From positions 41,322 to 105,321 of the forward strand of contig DBFBGR010000024.1 in assembly GCA_048201935.1 (NCBI GenBank): a stretch of 64,000 nt of DNA. Reading direction: 5' to 3'. Of the stretch, positions 36,101 to 40,100 are shown in pieces. The notes under the pieces were generated by a model. The model was not told where the DNA came from and made no database searches. It saw only the letters and a program-made list of their open reading frames with translations. Numbering within the stretch: position 1 is the stretch's first letter; every line of letters begins with the position of its first letter. The position numbers and the translations under genes are program-made. The stretch comes from Oscillospiraceae bacterium. Lineage in GTDB: Bacteria > Bacillota > Clostridia > Oscillospirales > Oscillospiraceae.

Positions 36101-37040
36101 TCTTGCCGCTGATGTTCTTCACCTTCGCGGTGGTGATCTGTCCTGTATGCTTCTTCGCCACCGTCATCGGCGTATTGGTGATGGTGATCTCCAGCCCCGG
36201 GCCCTCCGCCACCTTCATCTCAAAGCTCAGATCTCCGATGACATAAGAGTTATCACCGAAGTAGTAGATGACCTTATAGGGGAGCGCCGAGGTGATCTTC
36301 GTTCCGCTTGCGTCATAGGCAGTCTCTGTACCGGCTACTAACTTTTCAATCAACTCATCCCGGGCCTTGGTAAAGCTATCATAACCGGTATTGTCTTGCT
36401 GTGGTCTTGCGGTCCCATCATAAATAATGCTACCACTGTCATTGAGAGCAAGTGCTTTACCGTCTGCGTATGTTACACTTCTGGCACGTGTTTGTGCCGC
36501 ATAGAGCGGATAAATATCTGCATAGGTCGTGTAGAACTCTCTACCCGTTAACACATTAGCACTCGGTATTAGATTTTCTGACGTGATAAGTCTGCTGTCT
36601 AATGTCGTTGTATCTTCATCTTTCTCTAAGCGAAAATTGGGGAAAATAGCAATAGTTACCGGTTGGGTACCTGCTCCGTTCGCGGTAATGGTCGCAATGT
36701 ATCCATCCCCGGCGTCATCTCCGGTCTTCATATTCTCCGACTTAAAAACATTGCCAGAACCGCCTACAGCATTACCATGGTCGCCGATGGCGGAGCCTTC
36801 TCCCTGCTCCCCGTCACCAGGGGTCGGGGTCTCCGGCCTCTCGTCGGAGGATGTGCCGCTAGACCCCGGCCGGGCATGGGTATCCACCACCCGGTCGGTC
36901 TTGTCCAGCACCGGGACCTCCACGCGAGCGCTCCCGGGGTCGTCCATGATCATGGCCGCCATGGCGTTCATAGGTAGCACAGATAGGAGCATGACGACGG
37001 CCAGGAATAAGCTCAGGCCCTTCTTCATGAGTTTCTTCAT
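12147..37040 (-). CDS. giant (8297 aa) Thr-rich, SLH-anchored repetitive cell-surface protein (putative fibrillar adhesin)
   Basis: Single uninterrupted 24.9-kb frame. ATG 37040 lies 8 nt after AAGGAGG. Signal peptide MKKLMKKGLSLFLAVVMLLSVLPMNAMAA. Dozens of beta-rich T/V/A/G modules, including many Flg_new-like units (YRFDKWQ, YIFQKWT, YRFVKWQ, LNFVNWT, FVEWT, RVVGWK). G7 linker, then Flg_new + 3 SLH repeats + conserved tail at the C-terminus. Confidence 0.9.
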   Translation of the reverse strand: MKKLMKKGLSLFLAVVMLLSVLPMNAMAAMIMDDPGSARVEVPVLDKTDRVVDTHARPGSSGTSSDERPETPTPGDGEQGEGSAIGDHGNAVGGSGNVFKSENMKTGDDAGDGYIATITANGAGTQPVTIAIFPNFRLEKDEDTTTLDSRLITSENLIPSANVLTGREFYTTYADIYPLYAAQTRARSVTYADGKALALNDSGSIIYDGTARPQQDNTGYDSFTKARDELIEKLVAGTETAYDASGTKITSALPYKVIYYFGDNSYVIGDLSFEMKVAEGPGLEITITNTPMTVAKKHTGQITTAKVKNISGKTIEKITVTMARSAVVSVLVTSYNPATSHPAAVDTDAAGTGYAKNYGLDSSIGTSFTIPVALAPGESYEVPICSDSTGTNMLAVGQSTRGGAHTYRLNATGTIQGTSDTTAAEHKDGHIWAVATTADVTITLVDTDGEAITKSAEPTVHTVTSNGTTPPTLTSTGATHVYTGTVNVGETIVVDGVDTGIMVTKDENGKFTANVTLYHLTYKSDPAGVRDNQFTKQIGADASTFNYFMPDTAVTLIAPEIHTTQTTYKIKDWTGREDGDLFNERNPKQVVVQMTKDRDLTATYEDSMLEVKLTTIVNNADKGTNKIGSGTDGAGGSVVIRQVGRPTNSYTVSNYSVLTNQWNVKLDKGAEWEILINGVVCYADTDHTAKITFNTNEGDAQVLEQTVYLGTVTNKVPLGRATANNNRSYLYMSETISDGGTHTVSTLNRSQTEDDVYTLPQFTNLTVNVKSYGTDVFSKMTYPNATTDITPSSGTTQSIQVGKTNGDLQATYKSPYTAEVSLYADGVLNSTANVVWLKDDAGTLVKGTVASGVYTFTGLDPEKEYKVLFGEVTGDDTAGYTANGALETGATVSYTSTTARVDTQVVTLAAYNDSTSAAITNTAKRGRFTGGGWSSEKGPSATLVLDGATITLKAQDLNSSDNLNFVNWTKKDGIGGTLGGGTGLTNGTYTAKAGTDGNGQTLTAHYVNAITTGTVKVTINLDTLADTTKTHTVVLTKSDSDGTTGAVSLSDTTPTKTSVYSGDATATGDGEKYYIWVDGVCVDKTGFTLAISETVEKTVDYYSVTVDGTDASVKASSAQVTGATANSVNGGYLKGTTGIVLVAEPATTYDVNKATWTDQATSPATSVSGTPGVAGNRATYSLNAIDKPTAYKVTFDKQKTQSVITVKKDDGTAANYVGFTGSVVLSTSASDATAGAITLTQDGTDKFKFTTASDALTVGDTYYIWATNTDNSLGQMYTGVNFTASATAADNNKDITYYKLTVTTDGTAGAKVGLGAASSVTTTAASVENYYLSGSKPYIVADASAGLFNFDKWALTNVTGTVGTYAAQQVTTTNKVGTATAGYTKVRFDATFTLRLDGAQPNVASGQPITGVKLVDKSGNTVASSKISTDTTTDTTAIIYTASGIESSGADYKWVVTTVSGDYEVTEVSGSANTNTSLALYSVHVTASGTGWSGATVKVAGQSTTAGTTAVGKADSSFVLGLTPASGYTQKTGTAAWTEDVTGHGTVGTTSYTSLVTTNWPTTGVTLTPNFSYEVHIVLKHGTTPIDASTITATGGFGSGGAATVTKTSGTGAYTISNLDPATTGKLTINGFESSTDVLKPGNAWNGTDTHDVAMYQIAVKKDPTASTGTVKVALGASISGSATEVYVPVGATTSSGNAQVSIQAAPTSTVGYRLRDNTKDGANTWAITDQAASNADSAAVTTPNAVASATFVTFDTISHDIDATAYFVLQREVDAKMDSTKGSATTIQVAAGSTGSVLASTSASTSDLTGNKIDDGDYMSVTTVPGDGIQLNYWTVTGTCTVHDGSNASAATLTADASGHYVTTGDVITVKPTGTDKVVVTAFYKQGEYPAQVTVKLDNAVRGGQTVELWKDGAKQYDLTETGANTGIYGNKVHVGTYNVYVGGENTGKTVTVTTANTVSSPATAEVNYYTVVLALGGGLTNASANVNVDHAASVGSTPTTSKIFLAKSGAQSNLSISASRNNHSGQGSDKKWYRFNSWTVSQYSNAGTDTDMVTVANKTKTGYSTTFTLPAEGALKNDLGITTSNQITLTANYQEQYKVTLQNDNKSGGDINKPTGTSVDDVTGPDASGNYALFVDTGDYVPVVTSPKATMRVVGWKVVSPTVAADVDFNKNSSGAKGDAIPADSNSYYVDTADRDHIMVTPKKDVTVKVFWEADNFTGTINLVRHDGTTAYTEGADRVRIELVDAATTGADTAKHQNWTGSTSTITRTSTSTNAWTDSALMNGHTYKVLVDGYDTGYTVSAGSASVTVKMFKVIIDTKIDGALNDGTTDYKPSDAKTKATIRGANAPITTAIPATGNLVYDLYVPETASNVVITMNASNAGAGLRLRNATKDGAGNTLWTTYETAMDGTVSTTAVSAVANADSQNTTLTFKTKDTGAITKDVTIYANYITVLTLQVQTPTPATGNVAGGTVEVTNGGTIASNKLSTAIDKDSVATVKATPTTATAMNDYAFVEWTKISGDGAWKKDAAGTAMDSGAVPGATAYYAPSQDTTLQASFKNLKASGDTITAAAATGVAWSNGVVFTIDAGYTTALTGSVDLANLATANTKQLTASIVAKTLGSGQTDGSSTITAGTIVTTNLNAVGGLDTGKKTTVPVSFGTGLGVGVYVADLKVTDGDVTVTVPVTVNVVNPAKFKVQIKTYPDGVTAPSGANITSVILVPTAGTEAKKAGNVTLTETSAGSGVWTAQVAWDGTYTVYVDGYATGTTNVNNTQVAGGAAQAEYDVKDLYTVQFSAAEYKDGSNVKGTPKFVTKPATVTGVSAATVVPANDTTAGALHAIVIPANGQITLTDGTNANASGSYHYRFDKWQQHVVSATASATDATVATGGAYTVDATAPSTTTNAPIFLDPQYVQQHKVTLKPAAVTLSGGTAPTGIGVTMTPTTTAAKTLAANGFIMVDDGEAITLSALTADPTDYIFQKWTATGSPTFGTGTGETANDRTAKFTPKADTELTPNYWIWPTVSPSSRTYYLGVATGATVPNTSITNAEPVYSWTANDATYEKLSYKKKGASGASTDLTLGTDYTVSTTGGVSTITLKDTFLKTLAKDTYELTFASKTPANGTQTDRKADLVIEVYQNKLTQTDVQVKGNASAVHAAPGAALEYVQHFHENILPGDLTWQWYRADKAPTQSLADSSDHNNSQAGHPNYNDAAAALTAASSGNSNVNAISGETSATLSAIPAAAEGQYVFAIVTASGTGSKAVITNAIAVDFDGTITVREDEVAVTETTQAAAEGRYKVWLIPDGTDPNATDISATTGAVQARYDTATHTYKTSGYGLVGGTTYKVYVNEVEGTFTEGKWRDQGTITPTAPTKTVDYYTLTLVDMGKEGWTEANKGTDTNAVHPYLVHAKDKNNAEVGEAWDYDNMPGLSATTVGNAITVPNGNAILKTTKVKAVSEKWSQDYNVDWYSDEAAVTGSATPTLAKKDADKTSTDANTNGYTMAVGITHATKITGQLKQNTYEVKGQVRATGGGQIASAQLAVMDGTTEKYVFEPSVAVTLSGGDAGVVTFKVPKSIAGAKVGEKYVLSAKGKTDPRSTVIGYSGAYTTFPSATNVPAQIGPLDVAVSAAAEKQFLIHVNASKWELKVEDDNTNKGGVANPSEDATIAKATATHTSVVTAEAGVKSKSAKTTWTKIFDNYNSTNDQLVYKVTVTNTANTNLDVTLALSEGGTAVDLSTISSGATGGTYTSAKNVTIAGLTDGGKFSLAANVGTNPANTKEFTVTIPTTLANADDVKYTFAFTSTETGTSGPDLVYGPSVTYELDLVVDPIPVASVGVSSTGNIHTYNNLTFQTGLDASKLDISDAAAAGSDVTFEWYAVDYTANPVLNTTTGAVTVGGAAASPISTGLSENNTKLDLTGVYNYAGKKLFVVAKGGNNASMAAMSDTIPGLRQVKIELFEDTTKKTGSSAPSGYELYYVEKGAAFDLSTATALTWDGTDAFAMDSVAGKEYDIYANIKGTQTAASKEFKKVLTIADSDFNAGGTYASERPKVVYQQLTINDTTVDNVYTGLSGAAFYKDDASDIPAAKPTATVPDTASGTIGVTTGQWVLKNSAVTLSYVAWDKDYDLNWTTALTATDDGPSTSAVTQSVSMSANQTVDTELKLNLYPIEVHVIGSGSVDVVTLSDGTNTFTTAATGGIQAIGGAESKINAGTNKTFQVPKGSYTATAKATAGTTLSGYNVPATGSTTATITTDDTTVTTDNKTFDVVLLSTGQKLRVSTDLSATGYGEALYSTAASDGELKQTVTLPYGYAQKDIVVTVANNSNLVSGTPQTIYDVTLDDSGIDGASGANGGKVSITNANLSGKPDMDGLLLSTTETISIAQGLTVGTYTAPVEFSFAHTDGGSDTAKVTYTLTIKVEPVEFVDVSMKYADGSTMGSFLVEDKDLALNEYETSTIDLFGKTSADPSYLTEGTDYHYAWYASADNTIANADLDWADASGTVTVNFKNSKTATEIGTQDQDLTDAVIQANQGKYIYLMIYATSNNKVVKAAISAPIRTGFQGVVRVKENATRYNAAADPAYTVTFTEGGNKVESTWTNLGTDADPDWAYVSDSYLDPSKTYAANASVGKAPLADEMVKVADVTVTAPATTAEYFTVTAVETVDKPYVEAVKETFSSHPSPEFTYTKADSSVVSVASGSNILKDQSVTAKFSDGGTAGDGKAWDQDYTLTWRDLQKNDQASATDNDLSDVTVSGNAVTETSATALTGRAWTITTKTFIGGRLDQNTYTVKGNISGTPGTVASVTMEDANGNVYTTETSGGINPAKTGGGYENGIANTNSNTETGDEGDTIIFKVVAGTYTITAVDGPSTTIQQMQWNSTTPVGGKTLTGASVTTAGNEFTVILAQSDIQLKVADQDAPTDHTATSTTSASSNYKQAKHTESVFYKELANHKGLHVDLYNPGNTDLTVSMELYKTSKTGLAAITDWSNTAQLGTAMTISGNAAQDPATGTAIVSFTGLLADDTPLAAGTEGDKDGNGSIDGNEKAAVSAATITINKDAVNTDDAVYILRYVSKNGDAAGPVVYYVLDFEVKPLPIVGVSAEAVSGGSVITTPPKTGDAVQLEDMSGTNQGFDKVLVDDDGKTTTAAVAANTKLVDGTDVKYAWFSAPTSMSKADFTASLSVASGAVSSNGTGVSALTTGKQHTLTNNDLGKNLYLVAYAPSDQVNASELAVSDAIATQKLVQIKVNVDGAAMAAADNASYTFKVHPLKGDGTADTTVDIAETWQGIDTTKDSYQLTIDVTKTYAVYAPITKGNTTTYVDTGLRLGKKDSAIVDEVTVPYWTVNYTPDVAVNSTYADFASALAGPLPSALGVKVSDAKSDAAYNTALTASGTPVLEGMYVQVDVNADTKNQAGNDDWKTKQHYTLNATDWAKNTNTTAFAYADATDVSGVKHVLSDGMKVESGIQNKTFSGKLTQNLYDVKFVITGSGKLKNVALDTTETVTSFSTKTVTKDAAGNDIANGGTVVFAQVPAGEYTISAVAETGTTLGKARFDGDTAADLPLTFTVDGDDDGLAADGSVATNATDSKPENYIDLLASTYYVQWQDNFTGSEQTTPDTGAFALSTGFAKAGLVYGAYAQKDYKVRLVNLGNAPIDGVTLTGAANASLTGNKTTASNIASEHTFDLDAVKVYAPKDGGGYDDVTATHVNATTKELTLPLGGYAEFDLSIPAPTFAPASPAYAAEVGDHGLRFQVGRTNDSAGNARSVTVVKNATGTPADNGGDYTPKYTVVKAPITLLKVTGIDAPVYGAVIDETHDELTAADTNLLPFPAVTDPDVTVVWSDGTNTLNSGDKFAPGREYTASVTFTPDGNHEFVNKYIADTGITPGDDDTPATGYTILGGKNSDTPVSVKKNADGTLTLTYTFPATAPALEVVASSLVPAGSNGLNEARKGKVDRLHVESDKAVDVYYIVVDQTPGDFDSNPGTPDTAPDAPADAKALLDLYKAGVSGTVEVVGRVANHTDADKDTGWAINGLKKNGTKYMVYAVALPKDTDLTDTAAAGALASAIASDSFTTPFRVEARLGTLDDPSNSSSVVAPAVINDAGAEQNKNVAFVQAADDKVIQAGAETNVDTGTVILGIQADNAFSFSIWQQVNNDDPDANGTRGSGAMSAKVDKGPVGTSHTRFENTFKPTANSTLEPAFGGIPALALEGDVRGNQIAKGNTNIPILDASSGGKAKNDGTLSIYDNAVLMITPKWLQKDDGSWVDMASDAGAAYFAELWKAGKLDDNKTPFFTVSNTGNTVHRADGSTDAADQKLGGNEYMDVTVYPGTADGTAELSAAWAKDHAYSAAGNPTGDRNVGYKAAEGTKGQPGYKEAYGIYDGVLWVYDPGNVADVMGADASVDEYSLFDKLPLQICIVDEGWVGLPLDIEWDLNPRAGGVGDKLGLVEYATSGLTNKHKDWSMEINAAGYADDASRQFAMVEGTIGGSAIDWDPDRIVPYAEWSLIPAVLGSTEWNKYGDQYRGFTYTKEELYKLAQTDGYSTAYAADGSQAGTPISAVRGDKATFELTLHNAGDDTTEPSSSTKSMSIKYIDTRPDVSITALNKSVSVGGVATATVGVQDHDGGPKANPSYGTHTNLTTYGTGTDADYDVTVRWFKVPSTFTFPASVGTDKAAQVKYLVDNAPTNDDITLVQESGGMGAPTGSDLLKYRPVADDKGCILYCTIQGDDIWYVGTDIAATYVGATVTIQAWRTGTQNDVSGTATSAEFTNSQDQKLTATAPDGTIFVDVANGDVKLTTGQLNTAKTHLFIKWADLVTEDLPGTETAAGGTFLDSTNPNNTKPNEMLKPFYHVGGNDPTVVAYYDLLPTLSKDQTYKLYDLDHSTAPVFDYVNNDGGDNVDDAVNDIVVTIRPKTGSAETILAINGASETTKPLTFVKDGSAVEDLDGAYTLSRDWLESGNVGVGAYVITFYDLTKGAKKLVDGKLVDKTAAEGGSSLYDPSVTLTIQADGYPFTAWTADHDDNAEDDVHDYWGSVSTTGDADDYGPEKQGNAPIGGAADIYAKPADGYRFVKWQLAMDDEGNVTDTKSVIGDATAAETTFQPGGPNARVEAVFEPADFGADTAAAKVYYGNNAFEATPGEMTITGDANSANQKFAIAIATADELKTAKVLDETADAKMLANITAASAWLGFADGQTTDDLAVGDTIGLKVTANATGVHVEKKTVDGKLVDVEDELKVYIKLTDKNTGVVKFVPYTVDVMTSPLTIDVPVAAADYVAAYLANKTTGDNTVIEDGDPVTLPPFLFKQVLNTKNATDVVVTPHEDEPTTHNSAGDTYNNGVWSVAPAKFNGLSGTPNADESAYTNSYTFTFTYTGILNSDTKEYENPYDYSYADAELDIEVKKPDVGLDFNDADHAKGAEAELAAHEWSNDYKNERVVVYYLDQIPEFFDVYLQNPGGKDLYDVALKVTSNTGKRVDGKTGNDRIGILSADGGTQFPSSASSSAFTTLDHLTRQSSDSATSHDNRAQAFRADLRGLKYAGEYTLKVNATGSTTQPAEASLMAADSVSADYTLIIKIVPRPIVLANVTGLGAAEVDQKVSDNVSKIVVKGQVLYRGDDSIDGSNLTNVSAKDDVDLINKGGDTEHGPENGLDINGLTRLGYKITWVELDENGNEKRELSADPETGDTFKPNTAYRVKLKLIPDPNYVFVRFATEDNETEDYFYFDPKDNGKDTGVEDNQRIDEEQVEYILETNTGVKVELHPEEDDTEPNKPIVIEKEQEGKIAQLKFDDVKVDAPTDTTGPKVDDARTVSVTKGSKPGVYKINLGAYVGNVDQVAVVDQEPELAVSGRLAQRKSTTDPETGATVYTNNWTLKRLDEPHDTLLEVDDDGKPVNKNTWELDLSGLDTSEAGSGVFVLVLTAQGVRAVDKAGLETEVVKASYTITVNITNPGGGGGGGVDPACPNQVTYLLGLYGTTTDPVMEMVADRGKVKTVPNVTALAGYKFLGWSLTGPTGDAQADAKRPLVDPKSVPIDGDTTFFAVYQPVYDLGRPFHEHYVIGYPNGNFGPGDNINRASVATIIARAVLPNFVEGADYGNPGGYSDVNDHWAASAIAYCSKYGVFKGYDDGTFKPDQSITRQELALVMARLSGVKSAKELPFTDMGDAGAWAVDGIYTAYANGWVNGYTDGTFKPLNPIRRDETVKIFNAYLNRGVNAEGLSKLTEYVHSGVASNVTENGTTEYMTWPDVTKDQWAYYEIIEAANDHEYVVDETLPTGYTVPETWDKCWIDEKWRYHDDLNDGGPTVGLLSAGFRVWNR

Positions 37041-37123
37041 CGTGGTGGTCCTCCTTAGGTTTGTTGGCATACGCCGGGTTTGATGGGTCCCGGCGCCGCC
37101 GGGGGTCAGGTCATTGTTTCATG

Positions 37124-40100
37124 TCAGGACGTGGTGTACTTCCACGCCCACTTGGCCTCGCACTCCGCCTTACATGTGGCGTCGTCGGGCAGCTCAGAGA
37201 GACTGTCACGGTGGATCAGCGCGTACTGGAACTGGTACCAGCTAGGCTCCTTGATGAGGGCCAGAGAGCTGGAGTCGATGTAGTCCCCGCCGTTGGCGCA
37301 CATGGAGATGGCGTCCATGGTGGTGATGATCATATCCATGGCGTCTGGGTTCCCCGCGAACAACTCCGCCGCGGTGATCACCGTGCCCGCGTCGTCACCG
37401 CGCAGCAACAGGGTGTCCTTCACCACGCTGTCATCCACCACAAAGGTGAACTCGCTGGCGTCCCACAGCTCATAGTAGGCTCCCGCCGACTGCATAAAGC
37501 TGCTCCAGGTCCCGGCGTCCACCGGGATCTCCGTCTTGTCGCCCGGATCGGGCTGCTCTCCGCCGCCTCCGCCACTGGTGTCATACTTCCAGTCCCACTT
37601 GGCCTCGCACTCCGCCTTACACGTGGCGTCGTCAGGCAGAATGGTCAGGCTGTCGCGGTGGATCAGCGCGTACTGGAACTGATACCAGGTAGGCGCCTTG
37701 ACAAGCGCCAGGGAGCTCATGTCGATGTAGTCCCCGCCGTTGGCGCACATGGAGATGGCGTCCATGGTGGAAATGACCAGGTCCATGGCGTCCGGGTTGC
37801 CTGCAAACAGCGCGCTGGCGGTGATCACCGTGCCCGCGTCGTCAGAGCGCAACAGCAGGGTGTCCTTGACGATGCTGTCGCTCAACGGGAAGGTAAACGC
37901 GCTGGCGTCCCACAGCTCATAGTAGGCGCCTGCCGAGCGCATAAAGTCGTTCCAGGTCCCCGCGTCCACCGGGATCTCCGTCTTGGTGGTCTCCTCGGGG
38001 GGCTCAGGGGGATCGGGGTCCTCTCCGCCGCCTCCGCCGCCGGTGCCGTACTTCCATTCCCACTTGGCCTCGCACTCCGCCTTGGCCGTAGCCTCGTCAG
38101 GTACCTCTGCCAGATTGTCCCGGTGGATCAGACAGTACTGGAACTGGTACCAGCTTGGCTCCTTGATGAGGGCCAGGGTACTGGAGTCGATGTAGTCCCC
38201 GCCGTTGGCGCACATGGAAATGGCGTCCATGGTGGTGATGATCATATCCATGGCGTCCGCGTTCCCCGCAAACAGCTCCGCCGCGGTGATCACCGTGCCC
38301 GCGTCGTCACCGCGCAGCAGCAGGTTGTCCTTCACCACCGTATCATTAAAGGGCGAGAAGGTAAAGGCCGCAGCGTCCCAGTTCTCATAGTAAGACCCCG
38401 CCGATTGCATAAATTTGCTCCAGGTGGTGGGGTCCACCTTGATCTCCGGCTTGGAGGGCGTGGGCGGCTCCTCGCCGCCGCTGGAGGTGCCGTATTTCCA
38501 GTCATACTTCTCCGCGCACTCCGCCTTGGCCTCCGCGTCGGTGGGCACCTTGGCCAGGCCATCCCGATGGATCAGGCAGTACTGGAACTGATACCAACTC
38601 AGAGGCTTCTTCAAGTCCAGGGTACTGGAGTCGATGTAGTCCCCGCCGTTGGCGCACATGGAAATGGCGTCCATGGTGGAGATGATCATATCCATGGCGT
38701 CCGGGTTCCCCGCGAAGAAGTCACTGGAACGGATCTCCGCCCCCGCCTCGTTGGCCCGCAGCAGAAGCACGTCCCGGATCACCTTGTCGTTGATGGGCGA
38801 GAAGGTGAAGGCGCTGGCGTCCCAATCCCGGTAGTAGGCCCCCGCCGATGTCATAAAGTCGTTCCACTTGGCCTCGTCCAGGGGCAGCTCTTCCTTTTCC
38901 GGAGGAGGCGGCGTGGGCGGGGTCTCCCCGGAGTCGTATTTCCACTCATACTTGTTCTGACACTCCGCCTTGGCCTCCGCGTCGGTGGGCACCTTACCAA
39001 GACTGTCCCGGTGGATCAGACAGTACTGGAACTGATACCAGCTCAGCTCCTTGATAAGGTCCAGTGTGCCCGGGTCGATGTATTCGCTGCCGTTGCTGCT
39101 CATGGCAATGGCGTCCATGGTGGAGATGATCATATCCATGGCGTCTGGGTCACCCGCAAAGAAGTCACTGGCGCGGATCTCCGTCCCCGCGTCGTCCAAA
39201 CGCAGCAACAGCTCGTCCCGGATGACCTTGTCATCCAAAGGCGAGAAGGTAAAGGAGCCGGCGTCCCAATCCCGGTAATAGGCCCCCGCTGACTGCATAA
39301 AGTCGCTCCACTGAGCCGGGTCGATGGGCTTTTCCTTCCGCCCGCCCGGCTCAGGCTTGCTGTCCAGCGTGAACCACCAATAGCTGTCCACCGGGTTTTC
39401 CGGGTCGGTGGTGTCGATGACCTCCGCCTTCACGTCGTCATCCGATTTATATGCGCCGCCCAGCAGCATATACTGCAGTTGGTAATTGGTCATGCTGGTG
39501 GCCTGGTCGTAGGTGATACCCGACTTCAGCACCGTCTCCAGCACCGCCAGGAAGGAGTCCACATCGGCAAACTCCGCGCCCTCGCTGTCGCTGCGCAGCG
39601 CAAGGCCAGTCCCCCGCTTGTTGATGAAGTCCACGCTCTGGGGCATCTCATCCAGCGCACGGTCCGTGGTGGTCCCCGCGCCGTCGCCCACGTAATAGAG
39701 CCAGGCGGCCTTCAAAAGGCTCTCCTGGTCGGTGATGGCAGGGCCTCCCTCCCCCTGCCACCAGTAGCTATCCGGGATGCTGGCGGCGGGAAGGTAGGTG
39801 TTGGCGTTCAAAATGGCGTACTGCAGCTCCTTGGCCAGGTCCGCCTCACTCTTGGTCCCTACAGTAGCGCTGGTGTAGGGGAAATTCGCGATGGCGTCCA
39901 GCACGAGCTGCTTCGCCTGGGCCGGGGTAGTGGCGGACGGGTAGGGGATGCCCCGCTCATCCTTCCAGATGCCCAGGTCGGTCAGATCCTGGACCGTCAA
40001 CTTGTCCAGCGCCGTGGACAGCAGCCCCTCCTTCACCCACAGCCCGGCGGTGAAGAGGTCGGTGATGCTCTCGATGTCCATGGGCTGGCTGGGGCTGCCC

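Noticed and set aside
37127-39328. Regular ~450-bp periodicity that could be mistaken for a repeat array or CRISPR-like locus
   Set aside because: The period is far too long and there is no short repeat/spacer structure. The whole region is one open reading frame, and the periodicity is explained by five in-frame protein repeats.
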